Part shown: in pieces, positions 18,864-27,834 of the stretch
Layout: each line of letters begins with the position of its first letter
Position numbering within the stretch: the stretch's first letter is position 1
From: Polyangiaceae bacterium
Lineage (GTDB): Bacteria > Myxococcota_A > Polyangia > Polyangiales > Polyangiaceae
NCBI GenBank assembly: GCA_050287085.1
Contig: JBNKBE010000012.1
Span: 32,001-96,000, forward strand
Length of the DNA: 64,000 bases
Direction: 5' to 3'
Program-made: the position numbers and the translations under genes
Notes under the pieces: model-generated
Told to the model about the DNA's origin: nothing
Seen by the model: the letters and a program-made list of their open reading frames with translations, nothing else
Databases searched by the model: none

Positions 18864-21278
18864 TCAAGGCTCGGTGGTAACCTGTAGTTCTCTGCTGCGC
18901 GGGCTTTCTCCCCATTTGTTGAACGCCGTGACGACGTAATAGTAGTCCGCACCCGACTCGAGCCCTGGGTCCTTGAACTCTGACAAGTTGCCGCTCGCCA
19001 CCACTTCGTATTGTCCGCCGCTCGCGCGCGCCCTCAGCACGCGGTATTGCTCGGCGTCCTCGACGGCTTGCCACTGAACCAGCGCTTCATCCGCCGCGGA
19101 CAGTTCGGCCCCGACTTCCGTAGGACTTAGGGGAGCCGACGCACCACTCACTACTCCGAGGAATTGAATCTCGGCGACGTTCCCGAAACCTTTGCTCTCC
19201 GAGATATACCGAAAATAGCGATAGGACTGCTCCCCCTGGACCGGCGCAAACGTAAGTTCTCCTTCTTGCGGCCCCTGCTCGACGACAAATAGGTCCACGA
19301 CATCAGTGGCAAAGTCTTGGCTATTGGATGCCTGAAAGCGGCCACCCACCATGCGCTCCGCGAAGTGAGATCGCGGCGCATAGCCAACGCCGGTCGGGAC
19401 CGCTCTACGTTTCTCTCCCAAGTCTAGCCCAACGAAAGATACCCCCTCGGGTCCGTCAAAGAAGTTGTGGAGAGAGCCATCGAGAGCGAGCTCCCGGGTC
19501 GCGCCGATGTCGCCGTGGGAACCAGTCGTTCCGATCGTCACTCCGAATATCTGCTCCGTTGGTATGGCCAACGCCTCCTCACTGTCTACGCTCTCTCCGT
19601 CAGGGGTGAGCGCGGACACAACATAGTAGTAGCGGCGATTCGGACTCAGCCCAGGGTCGACGTAGTAGGTGCGGCCGTTGCCAAGAGTCGCGATAAGCTG
19701 ATAGGGGCCCCCGCTCTGCTCGGCGCGTTTGATGCGATAGCCCGTCGCATAGGCCGAACCTCTGAAAGAAAGCGTGACTTGCGGCCCCTCCGCATAAGGG
19801 CGCAGTTGACTCGGCACGGCACCCTGCTCGATCGGCTCCAGCGTATGCGTCAAGGTAGTGAAACCAAGCGAATCGTAGCCGCCGCTAGTCGAACCGTAGT
19901 CGCCCCCGCCTCCTTCTGGGCGCACCCGCGCTGCGTAATCCGCCGTAAATGGAGCCGCAATGCCCCGCCGGTGTGTGTAGTGATTGTAGATCAGGTCGAA
20001 CCCGGCACGAAAAGAGCCCCGTCCCGAAGCCGAAATGGTGGCCTGAACCCCTTGTCCGCAGGAGCCCGCGCGCCCCGAAAGCCAGCTGTAGGCCACGTAG
20101 GGGACTTCATGGTCCAGGTTGTAGGCTGCGACGTATTCACTCCCTACCAACAGACGATTATCCGCATACCCGTACAAATCGATGCCCTGATTCCAGGCGA
20201 TTTCACACACGACGCCCAGCAGCATCGGTCCAAGGGTACTATGCCCCTGATCGCGGCCGGCTTCTTGCCACTGCCCGCTGCCGTCGGGGTGAACAAAGTG
20301 CACCGCCTGTTCTATCGCCCCCTGACCGTCGCCGTGCTTGAAGTACTCGATCCCCTCATCGAAGATGTCGTCGCGATCGGCAAACACACCGATCGCAAGC
20401 ACCGCAGCCATATTCGCGAGATCCCAATTGGCCCAGTAGTTACTCTCACACGCGCCGTTATGACGTTTCAGAAAATCGGATTGGAGCGGATAGAAGACCT
20501 CTGTAAGCAAAGTCTGAAGCGGCGCGCGGTCCCAACCCGTGTAGGTGCGCAGCAGCTCGCCGGCCAACGCCAATTGATAGCCATACAACGCCGCGCGCAG
20601 CCCCGCGTTCGAGTCGCCTCGAAACTCAGTGAGGGACGCCGCCCATGCATCCAGAACTTCCGCGGCCTTGTCGGCGAAAGCTGAGTCTTGCGAAATCTGA
20701 TAGCGCAACGCAAGCTGGTAGGCTGCGGCGGCATCACGCGCCAAGAGAATGTAGTTCTCTCCATCGCATTCCCCACCAGCGCAGATGAATGTTTGCGCCC
20801 GCGGCAAGTAGTCCAGCTGCGCATGAGGGTTTCCGAGTAAACGCTCCCAACTTCCCTGCCAAGGCTGCAGCTCAGCTTGCACTTTGCGCCGCATGCGTTC
20901 GAGATCACTAGCGGTCGAAAGCCCTCCCGGATGGGTAAAACGCCTCGCCCCCGGTTCGTTCTCTGCGCCGGCTTCCCGCGGCGAGCTCGCATCCGGCTCA
21001 CCCCCTGGTGCGCTCGCATCCTGCAGCGGGTTCGGCTCCTCATCCCCCGCATCTCTGCCCGCGAACGCTGCGCCGCCCGTGCCCGGCACCGCTGGCCCTC
21101 CTTTCGGGGGCGAGCCACCCGCGTCCGCAGCGCCTGCGCTTGACCCTGCCGCACCCCCCGTAGCGGCGCCGCTATCGGTCCCGCCGAGGCGCTTGCCTTC
21201 GGCCTGGCAACCCAGAACGAACGCAGCGATCATCCCAAGCTGCGCCAGCAAAGGGGACCCAAAGACGCGTTTGTGCAT
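18864..21278 (-). CDS. Alginate-lyase-family (alpha/alpha barrel) lipoprotein with FN3, galactose-binding-like and FN3 domains
   Basis: FVLGC lipobox; FTHPG, YWANWD, WQEAGRDQGH, RPEGGGGDYG; FN3 YYYVVSA/YYYVVTA; LDG...FFDG..VGLDLG..YRYFRY..NVAEIQF. Confidence 0.82.
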   Translation of the reverse strand: MHKRVFGSPLLAQLGMIAAFVLGCQAEGKRLGGTDSGAATGGAAGSSAGAADAGGSPPKGGPAVPGTGGAAFAGRDAGDEEPNPLQDASAPGGEPDASSPREAGAENEPGARRFTHPGGLSTASDLERMRRKVQAELQPWQGSWERLLGNPHAQLDYLPRAQTFICAGGECDGENYILLARDAAAAYQLALRYQISQDSAFADKAAEVLDAWAASLTEFRGDSNAGLRAALYGYQLALAGELLRTYTGWDRAPLQTLLTEVFYPLQSDFLKRHNGACESNYWANWDLANMAAVLAIGVFADRDDIFDEGIEYFKHGDGQGAIEQAVHFVHPDGSGQWQEAGRDQGHSTLGPMLLGVVCEIAWNQGIDLYGYADNRLLVGSEYVAAYNLDHEVPYVAYSWLSGRAGSCGQGVQATISASGRGSFRAGFDLIYNHYTHRRGIAAPFTADYAARVRPEGGGGDYGSTSGGYDSLGFTTLTHTLEPIEQGAVPSQLRPYAEGPQVTLSFRGSAYATGYRIKRAEQSGGPYQLIATLGNGRTYYVDPGLSPNRRYYYVVSALTPDGESVDSEEALAIPTEQIFGVTIGTTGSHGDIGATRELALDGSLHNFFDGPEGVSFVGLDLGEKRRAVPTGVGYAPRSHFAERMVGGRFQASNSQDFATDVVDLFVVEQGPQEGELTFAPVQGEQSYRYFRYISESKGFGNVAEIQFLGVVSGASAPLSPTEVGAELSAADEALVQWQAVEDAEQYRVLRARASGGQYEVVASGNLSEFKDPGLESGADYYYVVTAFNKWGESPRSRELQVTTEP

Positions 21279-21385
21279 GCCTCACTCTAGCGGGTCCCCT
21301 GGGCTGCGACGAGGCTGCAAAGCCGGCGTCTCAGAACGGCGCTGCAGGATATGATCTGAGCTCGCGAATACGACCCGATCCGAGC

Positions 21386-22588
21386 TCACTCTAGGATGGA
21401 TTGAACCCAGGGCAGCAGCTTGTCGGGCCAATTGCGACCTTCCATGCTCGCATCACCCGGATGACACGTGGAGTGCCCGCCGCTTCGATAGATGTCGAGA
21501 TTCGTTTCGGCCCCCTTTGCGCTCACCTGCATATCGACCGTGCGCGCCAAAGCAATCGGCGCAATCGTGTCATCTTCTGCATGGCAGAAGTAAACGGGAG
21601 GCACGCCATCGGGGAAGGTGAAGGGGGACTCCGGCCTGTAGAAGGCCCAAGTCGACATCGAACCTACAAACGCAGGCCGACTATCATGTGTCTCAATCGG
21701 ATCCGCTGAATTGGGGTCCCCTTCGTCGAAGTTGGCCGCAAGATTGAGCACGACATGGGATCCCGCGGAATAGCCGACGATGCCTAAGTGCTCGACGTCG
21801 ACGCCCCAGTGTGCGGCGTTGTGCTTCACGATACGAACAGCTCGCTTGGCGTCGAGCAGCGCATCGCGCGGAGCATCCGTCGAACCATCTCCGACGCGAT
21901 ACTTCACGGCGAACACCGCCACCCCCTGCGGCCCGACGCGTTCAGCCAAACGCGTTGCATGCGTGTCCATATCGAGGCCGGTATAGCCGCCCCCAGGAAA
22001 GACGATGTACCCGTAGCCGGTGCGCTTGCTATCGTCCATCGCGAAACGACGAATCGTGGGCACACTCACGTTGCTTATCGACCCTTGGCCGTTCACCGTT
22101 TCAGCTGGGGCGTTGGCCTTGAAGTTCGGGGGATTGCCCTCAAAAAGTGGCATCTCGTCGAAGACGTCCGCGCTTATCGGCTCATAGGTGATCTCGGGCT
22201 CCGGGGCTCCACCAGCGCCCGCTTCCCCGGCGCCGCCCGCCGAGTCCGTCCCTGAGCTGCCACCGACCGAGTTCCCAGCGGCGCCGCCAACAGCTTCCCC
22301 GCCGGCGGCTCCAGCCGCCCCCCCATTGTCTTCGCCCGCGCTGCCAAGCCCACCGCCGCCGCCAGCGCCCCCTGTCTGCGCGTCAGAATTCGCCCCCGCC
22401 GAAGCACCACCGCCAACGCCCGCGGCCGCGTCGCTTCCGGCTTGGCCCATCCCAGCTGGAGCCTGACCACCCGTTCCCGCTGGCGCGCCAGCGCCCCCTC
22501 CCGCGCTGGGCGAGGGGTCCGGATCCGTGGTGCCACATCCCGCTACCACCATGATCCAGCCAATGCGCGACAAGTTTCTCCAGCTCAT
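21386..22588 (-). CDS. Alpha/beta-hydrolase (carbohydrate esterase-like) lipoprotein
   Basis: VVAGC lipobox; FPGGGY, GYSAG nucleophile elbow, HAEDD, GGH. Confidence 0.85.
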   Translation of the reverse strand: MSWRNLSRIGWIMVVAGCGTTDPDPSPSAGGGAGAPAGTGGQAPAGMGQAGSDAAAGVGGGASAGANSDAQTGGAGGGGGLGSAGEDNGGAAGAAGGEAVGGAAGNSVGGSSGTDSAGGAGEAGAGGAPEPEITYEPISADVFDEMPLFEGNPPNFKANAPAETVNGQGSISNVSVPTIRRFAMDDSKRTGYGYIVFPGGGYTGLDMDTHATRLAERVGPQGVAVFAVKYRVGDGSTDAPRDALLDAKRAVRIVKHNAAHWGVDVEHLGIVGYSAGSHVVLNLAANFDEGDPNSADPIETHDSRPAFVGSMSTWAFYRPESPFTFPDGVPPVYFCHAEDDTIAPIALARTVDMQVSAKGAETNLDIYRSGGHSTCHPGDASMEGRNWPDKLLPWVQSILE

Positions 22589-22989
22589 ACAGACCTCAGC
22601 AAATAGTTCCAAGAGCAACTCCGATTGGCCTCAGCAGCCAAGCAGTAGTCGCCACCAATTCAGACAGTCGGAAGACTCGACGGGGGGGAAGTCCACCGAC
22701 GTTGGGGCTCGATTTCAAGGAGTGCGTGACTGAAGTCTTAGCCCAAGACTACGCGACGGGAAGCTCAAAAATGGGCTCTCGAGCTTTGCTGGGGCGCGGT
22801 CGCCTCCCGATCCAAGCGCAAAGCGGAAGCTCTGCCTTGCGATCCGGCGGAAGGACGACACGCGCTTCGTCTCAGACTCGGCGCGAAGCCGCGTGAGTGG
22901 AAGTCTTTCTCTTGGCTTCAACAGCACCCCAGACGTCTTCCACCTCGCCGGGTTTCGGGCGTTCTAAGACGCGGCGCTGAGAGCGCTGC

Positions 22990-23043
22990 GACCTGAGCCC
23001 AAGGAGCGAGCTCAGCCCAAGGAGTGACCTGAGCTCAAGGAAA
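22990..23043. repeat. 18-bp tandem repeat x3 (GACCTGAGCCCAAGGAGC-like) overlapping stop codon of the upstream gene
   Basis: Units at 22990, 23008 and 23026; the third contains TCA at 23035. Confidence 0.85.
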
Positions 23044-24315
23044 ACCGGGGATGCTCATGGTCAATTCACGCAGCTGGGTGCCGGGCCCCGTAACAAGCAC
23101 CGTCTTGCCGTCCTCACCCCCAAAGGCCAAGTTGGTACCACTGCCCCAATTGCCAATGTTTTGGCCTCCCGGATTGTAGATATTGCCGTCCGCGTAGACA
23201 TTCCCCGCACAGTCCACCGCCATGCCGTCGCCTCGCGTAAAGATCGTCTGTCGATTGGATGGCGCGCCCTGCGCGTCCAGATCCCACATGTCCATGAGGA
23301 TTACGTAGAGACGGCTTTCGTCGGGCGATAACCCGATACCGTTGCAGTTGCCCTGGGCTATCCGGTTCACGGTTCCATCCGGAGATACGCTGAAGGCTCC
23401 GGGGCCAACACCCACGGGACGCCCGGCGAGCTCATTCGTTGGGTTGGTAAAATAGACAGTGCCGTTCGAGTGCTGAATCAGGTCGTTAGGGGTGTCCAGC
23501 ATCTGCCCCATGTAGCTGTCAGCGACCGTGGTGCGCTCTTTCGTCTTCAGGTCGATGTGCAGGATCGACCGCGTTTCTTGGCACGCGGCAAGTAGGCCCC
23601 CATCGTTCGCCACGGCCAAGCCATTGCAACCGATGTCGTCGATGAAGACTTCACACCCCTCGCCGGGAGTGTACTTGATCATCTGCCCACCGTTGGCTGA
23701 CAGGGCGACAAAGTTGGAGAAGAAGAACGCACCTTCGGATGCAACCCAAGTGGGTCCTTCATTCCAAGTGAACTTGAAGTTGAAGTTCCCACAGATGTTG
23801 CGGCTCGAAACCACTTCGGGCTGCCCCAAAGGCCCGTCCGGGCAGGCAAAACGTTCTGACTCTTCTGTCGGGGCCCCCCCAGCTCCCGCCATCTCGCCCC
23901 CCGCGCCTTCTCCCGCAGCACCACCGACCTCCGCCCCAGAGGCGCCACCTCCATTGTCGAGGCCCCCGCTGCCACCTTCAGCGCTCGCGCCGGCTCCGCC
24001 GGTGGTCCCGCCGGAGCCGGCTCCTCCCGAAACCGCATTACCACCGGCGTTTCCACCGGCCGTGGCGACGGGCATGCCTCCAGCGCCGAGCTCCGAAGTA
24101 CCCCCACCCCCGCCCACGCTTGTCGTCGACTGCCCAGCACTGGCTCCATCGCCCGCAAGTCCACCCTGCGCACCTGCGCCGCCAGCCCCCACTCCGCTGG
24201 GACTCTCCGCGTCAGAACCGGCGCATCCGCATAGCTCTAGCAGCGCGACCGCGGCTATCGCCACCGGGCGAGATCGAAAAACGGGCCTCTTAGGGTACAT
24301 CATGCGATCCCGCAT
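23035..24315 (-). CDS. SMP-30/gluconolactonase family lipoprotein
   Basis: LCGC lipobox, Gly-rich linker, NEGPTW, NGLA, PNDL, NGIGLSPDE, DGMAVDCAGN, TNLAFGG. Confidence 0.9.
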   Translation of the reverse strand: MRDRMMYPKRPVFRSRPVAIAAVALLELCGCAGSDAESPSGVGAGGAGAQGGLAGDGASAGQSTTSVGGGGGTSELGAGGMPVATAGGNAGGNAVSGGAGSGGTTGGAGASAEGGSGGLDNGGGASGAEVGGAAGEGAGGEMAGAGGAPTEESERFACPDGPLGQPEVVSSRNICGNFNFKFTWNEGPTWVASEGAFFFSNFVALSANGGQMIKYTPGEGCEVFIDDIGCNGLAVANDGGLLAACQETRSILHIDLKTKERTTVADSYMGQMLDTPNDLIQHSNGTVYFTNPTNELAGRPVGVGPGAFSVSPDGTVNRIAQGNCNGIGLSPDESRLYVILMDMWDLDAQGAPSNRQTIFTRGDGMAVDCAGNVYADGNIYNPGGQNIGNWGSGTNLAFGGEDGKTVLVTGPGTQLRELTMSIPGFP

Positions 24316-24509
24316 CCTAGCCCAGACCCCTTCCTCGACTCGCGACAATCAACACCTCACCCCAGGGACCCCGTCGCTCGGTGCAAAAATTGGCGCCCGC
24401 AGGAATGCTCGTTCGAATGCCCAGCCGCAGCGACCGAACCCACCACTCACCACCTGCTCGACGCTTCCTCCTCCAATCACGACGAGGCGGCGACGCGCTC
24501 CGACTTCAG

Positions 24510-25127
24510 CTACTCACTGAAGCAGCTGTCGTATGATAACACGTCGAAGGCAAGTGACAGCTCGAGTGGCGGGGCCTCCGCATCTACTTCGTCGATGAGG
24601 ATGGCGTCGACCTCGCCCACAAAACGTGGTCTAACGCTGTCTACGTGCAGCGTGATGTCACCTATTGACATGTTGCCATCATTCGCCACGAACACACGCC
24701 CGTCCTGGGTGACCACACGCATGTAGAGAATGTAAAGCGAGTCCCCCTCGTAGTCGCCAGGCTCAAAAACGAAAGCGCTAAATTGCACCCTCAGTCCGTC
24801 AAGCGCTGCGGTGAAACCCGAAAAACACGGGATGTTCTCCATCGAGTTGGCAAGCTCGTCAACAGCGCCCGTGCCGTCGCGGAACCCCACAGTATTGGGC
24901 TTCGTATCGGGTGACATTGTGCCGGTCAGAACATCGGAGCTCGGCGCGGAACTCGGGACCGGTTGCTCAGGTCGATGGCCCTCGGGGAGCACGGCGGCAT
25001 CGCCGGCGGGGGGTCTGTCACCTACTTCGGAGGCACTGGTGCTGGAGTGCTCGTCCGCCACGCGCCCTCCGCAGGCAAGAGCAAGCAACCCCACGACTCC
25101 GATGGACAATATGACAGGGCCCCTCAT
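24510..25127 (-). CDS. Hypothetical lipoprotein
   Basis: LLALACGG lipobox, short linker, beta-rich unknown domain. Confidence 0.7.
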   Translation of the reverse strand: MRGPVILSIGVVGLLALACGGRVADEHSSTSASEVGDRPPAGDAAVLPEGHRPEQPVPSSAPSSDVLTGTMSPDTKPNTVGFRDGTGAVDELANSMENIPCFSGFTAALDGLRVQFSAFVFEPGDYEGDSLYILYMRVVTQDGRVFVANDGNMSIGDITLHVDSVRPRFVGEVDAILIDEVDAEAPPLELSLAFDVLSYDSCFSE

Positions 25128-25265
25128 ACCACCGCTTCGCTCCAAGTCATGACAGTGCGGATTCTAGCGCCGAGGCGGGATATGCCGCCACCAATAGCTG
25201 ATGCTACCCGCTACGTCGCCCCTTGGGAGCGACTCGGCCAGGGCGAATCACGTCAACAGCATGCT

Positions 25266-26621
25266 TCACTCCTGCCAGACCAGTTCCCGCTCAACGACCT
25301 CCCCCCCGCTGCGCGCTATCGAAAAGCGCAAGCGATCCGGCGCCGTGAACTCAACGGCTTGAGGCCAGATATACGCGTACCAGACAAATGCGATCTGTTG
25401 TGGACTCAGGTCGGAGCGAGCAATCACAATAGGAGTGCCTCCGCCCACCGGCACCTTGAGCACGTTGGCCGCCCTATCCCGGCACAAGATCCAAGCGCCG
25501 CCAGGGGATAATGTGGGTGAAAAGCACGGCGCGAACGCTTGCCGCTCAAACGATGGGAGGGATATGCGCTCCAGGATTATCTCCGAGGAGCCGCCAAAGG
25601 GCGCCGCCCGCTTCGCTTCGTCCGGCGCCGTCAGCACCAGGTCCGTCAGCTCGCTCACGAAGAGGGCATCCCCCGCTGGACTCGCCGCAGCGCCACTGCC
25701 GAAGTCCCCCGGCACCGCCACGAGAACAGGGTGCCGAGCGCTGAGAACGTAGCTCGCGGTACTGCAGGCATCGCCCCCGCACTCCGTCGTCAACGTCAGT
25801 AGCAGCACGGAGCCGAGCCCCAGCTCTTCTAGCACACACTGCTCTAGGGGTTGGGGCTCAGGGTAATTAACCTTTCTACGGCACCAGTTTTTCAGCAACT
25901 CACCGCTACTACGCTTGGGGTCCAGCGCGCGCTGGACGCGAGGGGGCAGTTCCGCTTCCGAAGCGGCCCTCAGCGCGGCCTTCTCCGCCCACTCTTGCTC
26001 CTGCTGGGACACGGGCAGTACGTCAGCGTACTCGGCTAGCAACTCATCGCGCGCCGCAACCCACTCCGGGCTCCGCTCGTTGCGATCTGAGTCGTGGGTC
26101 GCTGACGGAGTGTTGAGCGCCGGCGGGAGCGCTGCCGACGAGCCCTGCGGCTCACCCCGAAGCGCGGTCTGGCACCGATGGTCGCGACATAGGACAACAA
26201 TGTCGTCGGAAGCCGCAGCGCTCTGCCCATTGTCGAGCAGCGTGTCCTCGGCCACACATTCGCACAAACCAACCCCCAGACATGTCGCAACGTCCCGCCT
26301 AAACTGGGACATGGCATGGCGAGCCACCCCGAGAGCCCGCAGCCTCCCACAACAGTCCGCCAGGGACCACTCGATGGCACAGTCGGAAGCGAGGGTGCAT
26401 TCCACTCCATAGCTGACTTGGCGCGTCCCTTGACCCACGCATGTGATGCTTGCCCTCTGTGGCGCTTGCTTTTCCGAGGCGGCGGGCGCGCGGGTTGTTG
26501 TGACGCAGGCGGGAACAAGGACTGCCAGCGCAACCCTCAGACTCTGCCTGCGCCACCATGCGCTTCGTAGTCGAGACTGCAGCTCGGGGATTGATTCTGC
26601 GTTGGCCAGCGCTCTTTGCAT
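25266..26621 (-). CDS. Hypothetical Cys-rich lipoprotein with C-terminal propeller-like segment
   Basis: LAVLVPAC; C..DC...CCG...C..C.C...C...C cluster; ASPAGD/LSPGG repeats. Confidence 0.6.
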   Translation of the reverse strand: MQRALANAESIPELQSRLRSAWWRRQSLRVALAVLVPACVTTTRAPAASEKQAPQRASITCVGQGTRQVSYGVECTLASDCAIEWSLADCCGRLRALGVARHAMSQFRRDVATCLGVGLCECVAEDTLLDNGQSAAASDDIVVLCRDHRCQTALRGEPQGSSAALPPALNTPSATHDSDRNERSPEWVAARDELLAEYADVLPVSQQEQEWAEKAALRAASEAELPPRVQRALDPKRSSGELLKNWCRRKVNYPEPQPLEQCVLEELGLGSVLLLTLTTECGGDACSTASYVLSARHPVLVAVPGDFGSGAAASPAGDALFVSELTDLVLTAPDEAKRAAPFGGSSEIILERISLPSFERQAFAPCFSPTLSPGGAWILCRDRAANVLKVPVGGGTPIVIARSDLSPQQIAFVWYAYIWPQAVEFTAPDRLRFSIARSGGEVVERELVWQE

Positions 26622-26655
26622 CGTGCCGGTATGATGTGCCGCAACGCCCGGCTTG

Positions 26656-27597
26656 TCACTCCGTTCGCGGCTCAATGCCCGCGACTGGTCGAGTTGCCAG
26701 CTTTCGGGCAAAGTCTCGAAACACGGACGCAAACGGAGAGTTCCGCCGCCAAGCAAAGCCAACGGTCCGCCCCGCGCCCTCGGACTCCGAGACGAGCCGC
26801 GTCGCTAGGCGCGCTCGCTGGCACTCGATGGCCACCGCAGTCGCAGGGAGAAGCGTGATACCCCACCCCGCCGCCACCATCTGCGTGACAGTTGCCAAGC
26901 TGGTCGCGTCAAAAGCCGGCCGCCTGAGGGGCACACGGGAGCACAAGTGCAACGCCTGCTCGCGCAGGCAGTGCCCCTCTTCAAGCAATAAGATGGGGTA
27001 ACCCCGCAGCGCTTCGAGCCCGAGGGGCTCTTCGCCCCCGGTCAGAGGATGTCCCGCTTGAGCCGCGAGCACAAATGGCTCCCAGCCGAGCGGGGCCGTT
27101 TCCAGGTCCCCCAAGTCAGCCTCCAGCGCTAGCAGCGCCAAGTCGAGCTCCCCGCGCTGAAGCGCGGCTTTCAGGGACTCGGTGCGATCCTCGCGCCAGA
27201 TCAACGACAACGCCGGATACAACTCCCCGATCACAGCAATGAGCGGAGGTAGTAGATAGGGGGCAATTGTCGGGATCACCCCCACCCGCCAGCTCCCTTC
27301 GTAGGGGTTCTGGGCCAGCCGCGCGCTGGACTCGAAGAGCTCAACCGCCGACAGGACGGCCTTAGCCCGCTCCAGCAACACTCCAGCAGCTGAGGTCGGA
27401 AGCACCCGTCGCTTGTCCCGCTCGAAGAGCTCAACCCCCAACGTCTCTTCGAGCTGAGCAACTTGAGCACTGAGGGAGGGCTGTGACACGCCGCAGGCCT
27501 CCGCAGCCTTGCGGAAGCTTAGTTCTTCTGCAACGGCAACGGCGTACTGAAGCTGCCTCAGCGTGAAGTTATAGACGTTGCGCTTGGTGTGCGACAT
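26656..27597 (-). CDS. oxyR: Hydrogen peroxide-inducible LysR regulator OxyR
   Basis: LRQLQY..FRKAA..VSQPSLSAQV HTH; GVIPTIAPYLLP; LEEGHCLREQALHLC (two redox Cys, C-x8-C); adjacent to katG. Confidence 0.92.
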   Translation of the reverse strand: MSHTKRNVYNFTLRQLQYAVAVAEELSFRKAAEACGVSQPSLSAQVAQLEETLGVELFERDKRRVLPTSAAGVLLERAKAVLSAVELFESSARLAQNPYEGSWRVGVIPTIAPYLLPPLIAVIGELYPALSLIWREDRTESLKAALQRGELDLALLALEADLGDLETAPLGWEPFVLAAQAGHPLTGGEEPLGLEALRGYPILLLEEGHCLREQALHLCSRVPLRRPAFDATSLATVTQMVAAGWGITLLPATAVAIECQRARLATRLVSESEGAGRTVGFAWRRNSPFASVFRDFARKLATRPVAGIEPRTE

Positions 27598-27773
27598 AGC
27601 AATTGCCGGTTTGGGTCACCGCGACTATTGGCCACCGCGGTTCTGGAGGGTTCTGGACAGCGCGGTTCTGGCGCTGACACGCGTGCCAGAGCTCACGGCT
27701 CCTCAGGGCCGTTCGTTGTACCCCCCGCGGGCCTTGTCAGATGGAGCCATAACACCAAAAGAAGCCAAAACGT

Positions 27774-27806
27774 CAGAAAGCCCCCCGACATCGGAAGGGC
27801 ATTCTG
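27774..27806 (-). terminator. Possible stem-loop downstream of katG
   Basis: CAGAAAGCCC...GGGCATTCTG imperfect inverted repeat about 30 bp after the katG stop. Confidence 0.35.
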
Positions 27807-27834
27807 CGTTCTCCAACAACGGAATCTTCTGCTT

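Noticed and set aside
19467..20684. Long antisense or overlapping ORFs (also 23528..24520, 55420..56655, 52121..53005, 13814..14818)
   Set aside because: Shadow frames of well-supported genes, expected in high-GC DNA; no motifs
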